Program-made: the position numbers and the translations under genes
In this document: positions 26,281-35,963 of the stretch, piece by piece
Numbering within the stretch: the stretch's first letter is position 1
Layout of the letters: each line of letters begins with the position of its first letter
Assembly (NCBI GenBank): GCA_965219455.1
Contig: OZ244744.1
Coordinates: forward strand, 2,080,001-2,144,000
Length of the DNA: 64,000 bases
Direction: 5' to 3'
Origin: Candidatus Latescibacterota bacterium
GTDB taxonomy: Bacteria; Latescibacterota; UBA2968; GCA-2709665
The notes under the pieces: model-generated
The model's database searches: none
What the model saw: only the letters and a program-made list of their open reading frames with translations
Told to the model about the DNA's origin: nothing

Positions 26281-28164
26281 TCCTTAAACAAGCGTGACCA
26301 GTGAAATTTTTCTGGTCCAAGAGACCGGAAAGGCCTACCGTTGTTGGAGATAGATGGATTGTGCTAGAAATCATCACGCCAACGCAGGAGACCTTTCCGG
26401 TGAAAAGAATATCGGTTGATGACAGCCGCAGGAACCGTGCTCGTCGCAAACGCAAAGTGGCCGCCCGCCACGGTCGAGCGGGGCATTGGCAGGCCCAGCG
26501 CCGGCCCATGTTCAGTCCTGGCAAAGTGCACTACGAGGTAGGCGCCTACACCGACGCGATGAGTTACGGAGGCATCGGCGCCGTGCATCGCCTGGTCACC
26601 AAGCTGGGTCTGCCCAAGCGCATCGACGCGTCACTGTCCTTGTTGAAGGTGCATCTGCCCTATCATGAGTCGGACCACGTACTAAACATCACATACAACG
26701 TGTTATGCGGCGGCACGCGCTTGGAGGATATCGAGCGTTTGCGAAGTGACGGGGCCTACATGAATGCCCTGGGCGCCAAGTTGATTCCCGATCCGACCAC
26801 GGCGGGTGACTTTTGCCGACGCTTCTCGGAACGGGACATCGTCGAACTGATGGCGTGCATCAACGCGGTGCGATCCTCCTTGTGGGCATCGCGTGGCCGC
26901 AAATTGCTTGGTGACATCACCTATATCGATGTGGACGGCACAAACGTGCCCACGTATGGCAAGCGCAAGAGGGGTATGGACATCTCTTACCAGGGCATCT
27001 GGGGCTACCATCCGCTGGTGATCTCACTTTCCAACACGAAGGAAGTGCTCTTCCTGGTCAACCGACCGGGGAATGTGCCCAGCCACACCGGTGCGGCACA
27101 GTGGATCGACGCGGCCATCGACCTGGTGCAGCCCCACGCCAAGCGCATCTGTGTGCGTGGCGACACCGACTTTTTCTTGACTCGACATCTTGATCGCTGG
27201 GCCAAAAGCGTCGACTTCATCTTCGGGATGGACGCCAACGCGGCGATGCGTTCCCGTGCCGAGGCCCTCGACGAGGCACAATGGCAGCCCCTGCAACGCA
27301 AACCCCGTTATCACACCGTGACCGACCAGAAGCGGAAGCGCAATCAGCCCCACGAGAAACAGCGCATCGTCCACAAGCGGGCCTACGCCAACCTGGTGCT
27401 GAACCACGAACACGTGGCCGAGTTCAACTACCAACCCACGCGCTGTAAACGTGGGTATCGCGTCGTGGTCCTGCGCAAGAACATCAGCAAAATGAAGGGC
27501 GACCTTGTCCTGTTCGACGAATGCCGTTATTTCTTCTATATCACGACACGCACGGACGTGACCCCCCAAGAGATCGTCGCCTGCGCCAACCAACGCTGCG
27601 ATCAGGAGAACGTCATCGAGCAACTCAAAAACGGCGTCAACGCCTTGCGCGTGCCCCTGTATGACCTGGTCAGCAACTGGGCCTATATGGTCATCGCCGC
27701 CCTGGCCTGGAACCTCAAATCCTGGTTTGCCATGATGATGCACAGACACCGTGATCGACAGCAGTACGTCTGCATGGAATTCCGGCGCTTCATCCACAGC
27801 ATTATCTTGATTCCCTGCCACGTCATCCAACGCGCGCGCACCACCACGTTACGGCTCATCGGCTATCAACCCACCCTCGATCGCCTCTTCAGCACCTGGC
27901 GTATCATTGAACGCACCGGATTTGGATAACACCAATGCAGCACCACCGATGACACACAAACGCGGCGCCATCCCCACACCCCTCAACGGACCGGTGTGTC
28001 CACCACGCGTCTCAACGCCACTTCGGATACTCAATTTACCATAGCGACCACGACAAACACGGCCCTAAAAACCATCCAAAACGCCAATTCCATATAAATC
28101 GACACCAACGCCTCAACACAAACACAAATCACTGTGGCGCACACGATACTCGCTTATTTTAGGA
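26281..28164 (+). mobile_element. Complete IS1380-family insertion sequence (1884 bp) with 4-bp CTAG target duplication
   Basis: IRL TCCTTAAACAAGCG (26281-26294) and IRR reverse complement TCCTAAAATAAGCG (28151-28164), 12/14 match; CTAG at 26277-26280 and 28165-28168. Confidence 0.88.
26400..27929 (+). CDS. IS1380-family DDE transposase
   Basis: IPDPTTAGDFCRRF, IDVDGT, GYHPL, NRPGN, VRGDTDF, R..QENVIEQLKN; GTG 26400 follows RBS CAGGAG. Confidence 0.92.
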   Translation: MKRISVDDSRRNRARRKRKVAARHGRAGHWQAQRRPMFSPGKVHYEVGAYTDAMSYGGIGAVHRLVTKLGLPKRIDASLSLLKVHLPYHESDHVLNITYNVLCGGTRLEDIERLRSDGAYMNALGAKLIPDPTTAGDFCRRFSERDIVELMACINAVRSSLWASRGRKLLGDITYIDVDGTNVPTYGKRKRGMDISYQGIWGYHPLVISLSNTKEVLFLVNRPGNVPSHTGAAQWIDAAIDLVQPHAKRICVRGDTDFFLTRHLDRWAKSVDFIFGMDANAAMRSRAEALDEAQWQPLQRKPRYHTVTDQKRKRNQPHEKQRIVHKRAYANLVLNHEHVAEFNYQPTRCKRGYRVVVLRKNISKMKGDLVLFDECRYFFYITTRTDVTPQEIVACANQRCDQENVIEQLKNGVNALRVPLYDLVSNWAYMVIAALAWNLKSWFAMMMHRHRDRQQYVCMEFRRFIHSIILIPCHVIQRARTTTLRLIGYQPTLDRLFSTWRIIERTGFG

Positions 28165-28830
28165 CTAGGCCAGTCCCGCCAGTCCCGCCCGTCTCAACGC
28201 AGCCACATTTTCAACCACCTTACCATCCCGAAACGCGGACGATCCCGCCACCAACACTTCCGCCCCCGCGGCGACTGCCTGCCCCGCGTTTTCCAACCCG
28301 ATTCCCCCGTCGATTTCTATCTCCGTATGCACGCCCTGACGCACGACCTCGGCCCTCAATCTGCGAACCTTTTCCAGAGACTCCGGCATGAATGCCTGGC
28401 CGCCGAATCCAGGCTCCACTGACATCACAAGCGCAAGATCCAGCGACGACAGCAGGGGAAACAACGCCTCCACCGGTGTTGCCGGCTTCACCGTGGCGCC
28501 CGCCCGCATTCCCATTGTCCCGATTTCACGAAGCAGTGCGGGCAGATCCGCGTTAACCTCGACATGTACCGTACAGATGTCGGCCCCGCTATCCGCGAAA
28601 TCCCTCAGGTACCTGCCCGGATCGTTAATCATAAGATGCACATCCAGTATCAACGCCGTCGTTTTACGAATGGCTTTCACAACCATCGGACCGAACGTAA
28701 TATTCGGCACGAAATGACCGTCCATCACATCCAGATGAATATACTCCGCGCCGGCTGCTTCCACCGCCCGAATCTCGCGTTCCAGCGCGACAAAATCCGC
28801 TGCCAGGAAAGACGGAGCGATTTTAATCAT
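28165..28830 (-). CDS. rpe: Ribulose-phosphate 3-epimerase
   Basis: IAPSFLAADF, HLDVMDGHFVPNITFG, DVHLMI, MSVEPGFGGQ, IDGG. Confidence 0.96.
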   Translation of the reverse strand: MIKIAPSFLAADFVALEREIRAVEAAGAEYIHLDVMDGHFVPNITFGPMVVKAIRKTTALILDVHLMINDPGRYLRDFADSGADICTVHVEVNADLPALLREIGTMGMRAGATVKPATPVEALFPLLSSLDLALVMSVEPGFGGQAFMPESLEKVRRLRAEVVRQGVHTEIEIDGGIGLENAGQAVAAGAEVLVAGSSAFRDGKVVENVAALRRAGLAGLA

Positions 28831-28917
28831 AAAAAAACCTCCAATTTTCAGCTTCGGGAACTCGGGAGGAGGGCGGGGGGTTGAACGCGGATACCAATGT
28901 GCGACGATGACCAACCG

Positions 28918-29652
28918 TTACAATTTGCTCACCACCAGCCGCACACGCGTCCCCTGCTTCACCTCTTCCCCGGATCCGGGCACATGCCGGATCACAACGT
29001 TCAATAGATGCTGGGTGCTGAATTCGTAGCGGATATCCCGCACCTGAAGCCCGGCCTCCTCCAACTCCGCCCGGGCTGTCTCAAGCGTCTTGCCGATCAG
29101 ATTCGGCACCGGGACCATCTCTCCCGGAGGCCCGTTACTTATCGTTACCGATATGGGTGTTCCAACCTGTACCCGTTGTCCCGGCAGGGGATCCTGGCAG
29201 ATTATCAATCCTTCCTTGACGATTGGAGACGCATCCTCCAGAGTATCTCCCATGGCCAGGCCGGACTGTGCAATCCACAACTGCGCCTGGCGAAGGGACT
29301 TCTCCCGAAGGTCCGGCACCTCGTACAGGCGTGTCCCTCGACTTGGCACCGCATACACCGTCCGGTTAATTTTCACATGCGAATAGGCGGGCGGGTTCTG
29401 TTGTACCAGCCTGCCTTCGGCAATCGAAGCCTCCCACCGGGGCTGCTGAAGCTTCAACCTGAGGCCCCTTTGAGACAGCGCCCGGCTGGCATCTTCGGGT
29501 GTGAGATCGACGATATCGGGTACTTCAACCCGTTGGCCTGCCCTTACCAGACGAGGCATGATGAATCGATCGAGCAGGATCAGCGCCACGGTGCCGGTGA
29601 GCACCGCGCAGCCCGCGAATAGCGCCGCTTCTCGCAGAATCCTTTTGGCCAT
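28918..29652 (-). CDS. Membrane-anchored PASTA-domain protein (3 PASTA repeats)
   Basis: N-terminal TM helix; VPDIVDLT, VPDLREKS, VPNLIGKT repeats with Q.P..G motifs. Confidence 0.9.
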   Translation of the reverse strand: MAKRILREAALFAGCAVLTGTVALILLDRFIMPRLVRAGQRVEVPDIVDLTPEDASRALSQRGLRLKLQQPRWEASIAEGRLVQQNPPAYSHVKINRTVYAVPSRGTRLYEVPDLREKSLRQAQLWIAQSGLAMGDTLEDASPIVKEGLIICQDPLPGQRVQVGTPISVTISNGPPGEMVPVPNLIGKTLETARAELEEAGLQVRDIRYEFSTQHLLNVVIRHVPGSGEEVKQGTRVRLVVSKL

Positions 29653-29777
29653 CCTTCCGGTATCCCATCTTTTTCAGAGTGAACAGCCGCACCCGTCGCG
29701 TGGGGATTGAACCCTCCGGCCAGTGTCCGAATGAAAAATAGGACAACATCCCCCCGGTGTCAAGATCACACCCTCCT

Positions 29778-30737
29778 TCAACGTCCCAGCGTCAAGGAAA
29801 CCCGGTGTGACAACCCCAACACCGTGTGGTACAGGGTCGCGTAGTCGATCTGGAAGCCTCTGTGGATCACACCGGCCCCCATCGACAATCGCTCGGCCCG
29901 ACCCCCGGCTCCCAGCCGCAGCATGACCCGGCGGGCGAGGCTGTATTCCATACCCGCGCTCACCCCGGTTGGCCGGCCGCCCTCCTTGCGAACATCCAGG
30001 AGCAATGCCAGATTCGGCACGACCTCAAACCCCACGCCCGCCATACCACCCTGTCCCAGCACGTCCACCGACTGCCCGCCGGCATTCCAGGCCGCAAGCC
30101 CCAGTGTTACCTTTCGCCTGAGTACTATCCTCGCGCCCAGGTCGAATGCCGTCCACGCACGTTTCGCGCCACCCGCGATTGACAAACGCATGTGTCGAAT
30201 CCTCAGCCCGAGACCCAGCCGGGATGCGACCCGAAGGCCCAATGTAACCCCGGCTGTCCGCTCCCGATACAAGCTGAACCCGTACTCCTGGTAACCCACG
30301 CCAATCGCAGCCCTGCCCGTAGACGCGACCGTCCCGATCGCATGGGCATCCAACACGGCCATGCCGAACGGGCGCTCATATCCGCCCGTAAAGCTGATCC
30401 CCTCGCCCCACGCTACCGCTCCCGCGTTCCAGAAGACGCCGTCAACGCCTGCCGCCCAACCCACGAATGTGTCGCCCAACCCGCCGGACCGGGCGCCAAC
30501 CGCCTGAAACTCGAACGCCGCGTCAGCTTGAACAGGGTCCACGGAAACACACACAAGCCCACTACACGCCGCGAACCCCATCCGCACCCCGAGGAGGCCG
30601 CACCACGCCAAATAGCGAAGCCAGGGACTCAGCCGGCACCCGTGTCTTTCTGCAACGCGTGAGTGTCGCTCTTCGGGGCTATCATCGTTCCACCGCGCCG
30701 CGCATTCTTGCGATAATTTCACCTTATCGTCCCTCAT
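29778..30737 (-). CDS. Outer-membrane beta-barrel-like protein (PorV/FadL-like); start uncertain
   Basis: GARSGGLGDTFVG...VFWNAG plug motif, alternating amphipathic strands, C-terminal IDYA...LGLSHRVSL. Confidence 0.65.
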   Translation of the reverse strand: MRDDKVKLSQECAARWNDDSPEERHSRVAERHGCRLSPWLRYLAWCGLLGVRMGFAACSGLVCVSVDPVQADAAFEFQAVGARSGGLGDTFVGWAAGVDGVFWNAGAVAWGEGISFTGGYERPFGMAVLDAHAIGTVASTGRAAIGVGYQEYGFSLYRERTAGVTLGLRVASRLGLGLRIRHMRLSIAGGAKRAWTAFDLGARIVLRRKVTLGLAAWNAGGQSVDVLGQGGMAGVGFEVVPNLALLLDVRKEGGRPTGVSAGMEYSLARRVMLRLGAGGRAERLSMGAGVIHRGFQIDYATLYHTVLGLSHRVSLTLGR

Positions 30738-31259
30738 CTGCTGGATATTCGGTAGGATACGAGACCCAATCCGCGCCTGCCAGATGGAAAACGCCGTGGA
30801 AGCGCTTCATTCGAGCGGCTGGAACCGCCAGCATGTCGCGCGACGGTGCTTAAGCCCTTCATTTTCTCCGGAAACGGGCCCGTTGCCGCTCCTTCACTGT
30901 CGCTTCTTGTCCGGGTTCTTGACGCAACCCCCGTACCCTGGTTTTCCCGTATTCACTCGTAGTTTACGATCTTATTTATTATCATAATCTTATTACGATA
31001 TCTTCCCGGGCCGTCTCAAACTCCAGATCGAGAAAACGCCATGCCGTATGGTACAGTTCACCTTCGAGTTGACGCCCGGAACAGGACAAAAAAAAGCCCG
31101 TCGGCAAAAAACCCACGGGCAAGATTGGAATAGACCGAACCGCACTGTGACGTTATATTTCTCACATAACCGGAACGACGACGGCGCCTGCTCCACACAC
31201 ACGGTAAATGGGCGTCCGGTTACAGGATTGGAAGTTCCTCAGTTCGCACAGGAGGCTGC

Positions 31260-32267
31260 GTGTCTCTTCCAGCTCCGATACGGAAACTCACGTCAGTTAA
31301 TCACGGTTGGACCTATCACAACCATATCCAGCCTGAAGCGGAAGGGGAAACCGTTCTTCATTTCTATCTCCGGCGCTATCCCCATTCCTCCCGGGAAGCG
31401 TGGCGGGAACGGATCCTGGCCGGCGAAGTTCGGTTGAATGGCAACCCAACCACGCCCGAAACCCTGCTTGCCTCGGGACAGCGGCTCCAATACCACCGAA
31501 GACCATGGCGGGAACCGGACGCTCCCATTTCGTTCGCGCTACTCTACGAGGACGCCCACCTTATTGCCGTAGCCAAACCCGCCGGCCTCCCCGTGTTGCC
31601 CGGCGGCCAACATCTCCGGAACACCCTGCTCGCCCGAATCCGCGAACACTACCCGGAAACCCCGGGCCCCGCGCCCCTGCATCGCCTGGGGCGGGGAACC
31701 TCGGGCATCGTTCTGTTCGCCCGTTCCGAATCGGCAAAACGAACCCTCTCGGAGGATTTCCGAAACCGACGGATACGCAAGATCTACCGCGCACTCGTCG
31801 CCGGCACGGACATGCCCGATCGGTTTGCGGTGGATGTACCCATCGGTCGGATTCCCTATTCCCCGACCAGGTACCTGTACGCGGCAACGAGCGCGGGAAA
31901 ACCGGCCAGGACGGAATGCCGGGTACTCAACCGCGATCCCGATAACAATCGGAGTCTGATCCGTGTCAATCTCGTCACCGGCCGCGCCCATCAGATCCGG
32001 ATTCACCTTGCTGCCGCCGGACATCCCCTGATTGACGATCCCCTGTATCGTGCCGGTGGCCTGCCCGTCGTTACACCCGCTGGAGATCGTGCTCCGCTCC
32101 CCGGTGACGCAGGATACCACCTTCACGCGCATCAACTCCACTTTACCCACCCGGCCACACGTCGCAATGTAGACCTCACGTGCCCGCCGCCTCCAATCCT
32201 CCGCACACCGGAAGAGATTGCCGAAATTCGGCCAGCGAGTCGCCCGGCTCGCAAGGCGCCTGAGTGA
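31260..32267 (+). CDS. RluA/RluD-family pseudouridine synthase homolog with catalytic Asp replaced by Gly
   Basis: S4-like N-terminus, LYEDAHLIAVAKPAGLPV, HRLGRGTSG, KIYRALV, TGRAHQIRIH, LHA. Confidence 0.88.
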   Translation: MSLPAPIRKLTSVNHGWTYHNHIQPEAEGETVLHFYLRRYPHSSREAWRERILAGEVRLNGNPTTPETLLASGQRLQYHRRPWREPDAPISFALLYEDAHLIAVAKPAGLPVLPGGQHLRNTLLARIREHYPETPGPAPLHRLGRGTSGIVLFARSESAKRTLSEDFRNRRIRKIYRALVAGTDMPDRFAVDVPIGRIPYSPTRYLYAATSAGKPARTECRVLNRDPDNNRSLIRVNLVTGRAHQIRIHLAAAGHPLIDDPLYRAGGLPVVTPAGDRAPLPGDAGYHLHAHQLHFTHPATRRNVDLTCPPPPILRTPEEIAEIRPASRPARKAPE

Positions 32268-32407
32268 GTCGACCTGCGGAAGGTCGGAGAGCGAGAAGGC
32301 ACTTCGACAAGCAGGCTTCGACAGGCGCGCTTTGACAAGCTCAGTGCGAGCAACGCGGCGGGACGGGATGAATCGGCGGAAGTATGGTGACATATTTCCG
32401 GGAAAGG
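32208..32407. repeat. Composite repeat with TTCGACAAGCTCAG-type REP units
   Basis: Three tandem CTTCGACA/TTTGACAAGC units; GCTCAGTGCG..GGCGGAAGTATGGTGACA..CCGGGAAAGG is shared with 59436-59518. Confidence 0.7.
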
Positions 32408-32410
32408 TCG

Positions 32411-33193
32411 CTAGTCCCTGATTCTGGTCGTCTTATCCGTAAGCGCCTGCTCGATGTGTCTTCCGGTGAAACCCACGGCTTTTCGCAGATCGGCGCCGCG
32501 CAGGTCTGTATTCTGAAAGTTGGCCTTATAGAGGTCGGTGTTTTCCATTCGGGCCTTGATGAGGCTCGCGCACCGGAGGTCGGCCTGTACCAGGTCGGCA
32601 TTCTGCAGCCTGGCGCTCTGCAGATCGGCCTTCCTGAAGTCAACCCCCAGAAGGTTGGCACCCTGGAGGTTGGCGCCTCTCAAATTGGCGCCGCGGAGGT
32701 CGGCGTTGAGAAGATTGGCGTCCTGAAGGCGCGCCTTTCGCAGATCGGCTCCGTAAAGCGTGGCATCGCGAAGGTTGGCTCCCCGCAGTGTGGCATCCCG
32801 CAGCCGGGCACCGGAAAGATCGGCATTCGTTAGATCGGCGAGTTCCAGGTCTGAGGGCGCAAGATCGACGTTTTTGAGATTTGCGCCCCGGAATAACGCT
32901 CGCTGGAGGCGGGCGCCGGAGAAATTGGCGTCTTGAAGGTTTGCATCCCGAAAGTTGGCTTCGTAGAGCCTGGCGCGCTGCAGATTGGCGCCATGCAGGT
33001 CCGCGTTCTGGAAGCGCACGCCGCTGAGGGTGGCTTCGCTCAGGTCGGCGTATTCGAGTCTGGCATCCTGGAGTTCAGCCCGATTCAGGTTCACGCCGGA
33101 CAATTCAGCCCGTTCTCCGGTTGTTCCTCCGGAATCGATCCACGCGCGGTGTCGGTCGATGACAAGCCGCAGTTCAGAGGGCGACATTGACAT
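32411..33193 (-). CDS. Pentapeptide repeat protein
   Basis: About 40 A(D/N)Lxx repeats after an H..W...G..G.RA.L N-terminal cap. Confidence 0.93.
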   Translation of the reverse strand: MSMSPSELRLVIDRHRAWIDSGGTTGERAELSGVNLNRAELQDARLEYADLSEATLSGVRFQNADLHGANLQRARLYEANFRDANLQDANFSGARLQRALFRGANLKNVDLAPSDLELADLTNADLSGARLRDATLRGANLRDATLYGADLRKARLQDANLLNADLRGANLRGANLQGANLLGVDFRKADLQSARLQNADLVQADLRCASLIKARMENTDLYKANFQNTDLRGADLRKAVGFTGRHIEQALTDKTTRIRD

Positions 33194-33242
33194 TTGGAAT
33201 ACCCGTCTGGTCTGAAAACAAGCCGTCAGCCGTCACACCGAG

Positions 33243-33403
33243 GTAAGAAGTGAGACGGAAGACGTTAGACGTGAGAAATAGCAAAGCGCGAAACACTATC
33301 GGGTGTGGGGTGGCCTGCTTCCCTATCACCTCTACCTTCACACTTCTGGCGTCTCGCTCTTGTCCGGGTGCGGTCCTCCAACTTCTTACGTCTACAGTCT
33401 CAC
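33243..33403. repeat. Inverted arrays of degenerate heptamers (GTRAGAM)
   Basis: GTAAGAA GTGAGAC GGAAGAC GTTAGAC GTGAGAA at 33243-33277; complementary units CTTCTTA CGTCTAC AGTCTCAC at 33382-33403. Confidence 0.6.
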
Positions 33404-33425
33404 CGTTTCCTGGAATTCACACCTG

Positions 33426-33986
33426 TTACGCGGTGTGAATTCCAGATTCCGTAATAATCAGGTCCATTGGGATATCGCGAGGGCCTGTCGGCAGACGATC
33501 GAAGAGTTGGAAGTCGTATGCCAGGCCGACTTTGGTAGCGGGGGTCAGCGAAAGGAAACGGTCGTAGTAGCCGGCGCCGAAGCCGATGCGGTTTCCAGTG
33601 CGGTCAAAGGCCAGACCGGGAACGAGAACGATGTCGAAGGTGTCCGGTGGAACCTCGACCCCCGCCTCGCCGGACGGCTCCAGCAGGCCGAAGCCCGACG
33701 GCTTCAATTCAGCCAGGCCGCGAATTTCCCGGTGGACCAGCACGTGGCTCGGCTTTGCTACAGGCACCGCAACCCGCTTGCCGCTATCCAGGGCAAAATC
33801 GATGAGGGTATGCGTATCGACTTCGTTCCTGACAGAGACGTAGCTCGCCAGGCATCCGGCGCGGCGGTAGACGTCCTGGCCGGTGAGGCGCGCGACGATG
33901 TGTTCGCTCCTGGTGCGGACTTCCCCCGGTAACAGTTCCGACCGTCGGTTCTTCATGGTATTTCGAATTTGATTTTTGGAAGGCAT
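33426..33986 (-). CDS. fau: 5-formyltetrahydrofolate cyclo-ligase
   Basis: KNQIR, NEVDT, GKRVAVP, LVPGLAFD..GNRIGFGAGYYDRFL, DIPMDLIITE. Confidence 0.94.
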   Translation of the reverse strand: MPSKNQIRNTMKNRRSELLPGEVRTRSEHIVARLTGQDVYRRAGCLASYVSVRNEVDTHTLIDFALDSGKRVAVPVAKPSHVLVHREIRGLAELKPSGFGLLEPSGEAGVEVPPDTFDIVLVPGLAFDRTGNRIGFGAGYYDRFLSLTPATKVGLAYDFQLFDRLPTGPRDIPMDLIITESGIHTA

Positions 33987-34032
33987 CAGTGTCGTTCCGC
34001 CTCAACGCCTGTCTGCGCCGTCGGGATTCATA

Positions 34033-34061
34033 ACTATACCTCGAGTGTGGCGGGTTGTCAA
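34033..34061 (-). promoter_or_regulatory. Sigma70 promoter of fau
   Basis: TTGACA-N17-TATAGT on the minus strand, about 45 nt upstream of the fau start. Confidence 0.75.
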
Positions 34062-34127
34062 GACAGGAGCGCGCCAGCGGACCGGTATTGCCGGTCGGGA
34101 CCGGCGTGGCCGGACGGAAAAGTTCGC

Positions 34128-34156
34128 TTGACTTTGACTGTGTGGACTTTTAAATT
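34128..34156 (+). promoter_or_regulatory. Sigma70 promoter of the uppS-cdsA-dxr-rseP operon
   Basis: TTGACT-N17-TAAATT, divergent from the fau promoter. Confidence 0.55.
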
Positions 34157-34205
34157 TACAAATGCCGATTTTTAAGGTAATAACGGCAAATCCTGAGAGG
34201 GAATC

Positions 34206-35021
34206 TTGGATCGCCACGATGTGGAAATTCAGAATGAACTGAAGGCAGACGGCAACCTCCCGGGGCATGTTGCCATAATAATGGACGGGAATGGCCGCTG
34301 GGCGCAAAAGCATGGGCTGGGCAGAACCCAGGGACACCGTTCAGGGCGAAATGTCGTGCGCGACGTCGTGCGGGCTTGTGGCGAACTGGGAATCGATATT
34401 CTCACTCTGTTTACGTTCGGGACGGATAATTGGCGGCGCCCCTGGCGGGAAATTCTTGCTTTAATGCAATTGTTGCGCGACGCTTCGGTTGAAGAACTGG
34501 AGGAACTCCAGGAAAACAAGGTGCGCCTTATCGCTACCGGCGATACGAACCGTCTGGCCAGGCAAACGCGGCGGGCGTTGAGGTCTGCCATGCGCAGGAC
34601 GGCTGGAAATTCCGGGTTGACGTTGAATCTGGCGTTGAGTTACGATGGCCGTAACGACATTCTTCACGCCGTCAGAGGGATTGCCGCCGAGGTGCAGCAG
34701 GGAAAGATCAGCAGCGATGGAATCGACGAGAAGCTGTTTTCGAAGATGCTATACACTGTTGACCTTCCGGACCCCGATCTACTGATCCGCACCAGTGGTG
34801 AGTTTCGTCTGAGTAATTTTATGCTGTGGCAATGTGCTTACACGGAGTTCTGGTTCACGCCGGTCTTGTGGCCCGATTTCAGGCGCGAGCATCTATACGA
34901 AGCCATTCGGGCGTATCAGTCCAGAGAGCGGCGTTTCGGAAAGACCAGCGCGCAGGTCCGTTCTACGGCGGTTGGCGCCGGGAACGGGGTTGCGAAGCGG
35001 ATGGGCGCGGCGACGGGATAG
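34206..35021 (+). CDS. uppS: Undecaprenyl diphosphate synthase
   Basis: HVAIIMDGNGRWA, NWRRP, PDLLIRTSGEFRLSNFMLWQ, RERRFG. Confidence 0.96.
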   Translation: MDRHDVEIQNELKADGNLPGHVAIIMDGNGRWAQKHGLGRTQGHRSGRNVVRDVVRACGELGIDILTLFTFGTDNWRRPWREILALMQLLRDASVEELEELQENKVRLIATGDTNRLARQTRRALRSAMRRTAGNSGLTLNLALSYDGRNDILHAVRGIAAEVQQGKISSDGIDEKLFSKMLYTVDLPDPDLLIRTSGEFRLSNFMLWQCAYTEFWFTPVLWPDFRREHLYEAIRAYQSRERRFGKTSAQVRSTAVGAGNGVAKRMGAATG

Positions 35022-35076
35022 AAACTCACGCATCGGGTTTCACTCGAATTCTCGCTTCCGTCATGCAGGGGTGGTT

Positions 35077-35901
35077 TTGGCGGTACAATCGAATCTGTTT
35101 CACCGGATCTTAGCGGCGGCGGTCTTTGGGCCGCTTTTTCTGGTTCTGTTTTGGTTTGGTGGAATTCCGCTCCTCATTGGCGTGTGCCTGGTGGCTGCGG
35201 GTGGGACGTGGGAGTACTGCCAGATGCAGAAAAAGCGAGGGCTGCATCCCTGGACGGGAGTCGGGGTTGCGGCCTCTTCGGTTTGGTGCCTGTGGTTGAA
35301 CGGGTTCGGAGAGCGATTCTGGCTGATTCCAGCCACAGTGATTCTGCTTGTTCTGCTAACCCTGGCGCTGGGACAACGGGAGGGTCGATTCCGGCTGGCT
35401 GACGCCGAGGCGACCTTTGTCGGTACGTGTTATATCGGGTTGCTGTCCGCTTTTGCGCTGCTGGTACGGAACTATTCCGGATTTGAGACGGCTGAAGCCG
35501 GCGCCGCGTGGTTTGCCATTGTGGTACTCCTGGGAATCTGGGGCACGGATATCCTCGCCTATTTTGCGGGGCGTCTTTGGGGTAAACGACATCCTTTCCC
35601 GCTGATCAGTCCGGGTAAGACGGGCGCGGGTTTCGCGGGCGGAATCGTCGGGGCGATGGCGGTAATGTCCACCGGGGGCCACATCTTGAAGTTATACACG
35701 CTTCCAGCGGGTATCGCGCTGGGGATCGTGGTGGGCGTTAGCGCTCTATGGGGAGACCTGGTCGAATCGATGATCAAACGGAACGCGGGGGTCAAAGATG
35801 CTTCCGCCCTGATTCCCGGGCACGGCGGCGTGCTGGACCGATTCGACAGTTTTCTATTTGTGTACCCTGTGGTTTATCTTTACCTACGCGTGTTTCATTA
35901 G
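35077..35901 (+). CDS. cdsA: Phosphatidate cytidylyltransferase
   Basis: DILAYFAG, ISPGKT, GDLVESMIKRNAGVKD..IPGHGGVLDRFDS; start refined to TTG 35077. Confidence 0.94.
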   Translation: MAVQSNLFHRILAAAVFGPLFLVLFWFGGIPLLIGVCLVAAGGTWEYCQMQKKRGLHPWTGVGVAASSVWCLWLNGFGERFWLIPATVILLVLLTLALGQREGRFRLADAEATFVGTCYIGLLSAFALLVRNYSGFETAEAGAAWFAIVVLLGIWGTDILAYFAGRLWGKRHPFPLISPGKTGAGFAGGIVGAMAVMSTGGHILKLYTLPAGIALGIVVGVSALWGDLVESMIKRNAGVKDASALIPGHGGVLDRFDSFLFVYPVVYLYLRVFH

Positions 35902-35963
35902 ACGTTCGGGCATACCGGAAACCTGCATTTACATTCACCCGTTGACTTGAACTGGATCTGTGT

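Noticed and set aside
30740-31259. Small ORFs or ncRNA in the 500-bp divergent intergenic region
   Set aside because: No motif, RBS or structure convincing enough to call.
25900-33410. CRISPR array at the heptamer and REP clusters
   Set aside because: No constant 23-47 bp repeats with unique spacers and no cas genes.
33987-34205. 6S RNA upstream of fau
   Set aside because: A near-consensus promoter lies only about 45 nt upstream of fau, leaving no room for it, and no long 6S-like stem is evident.
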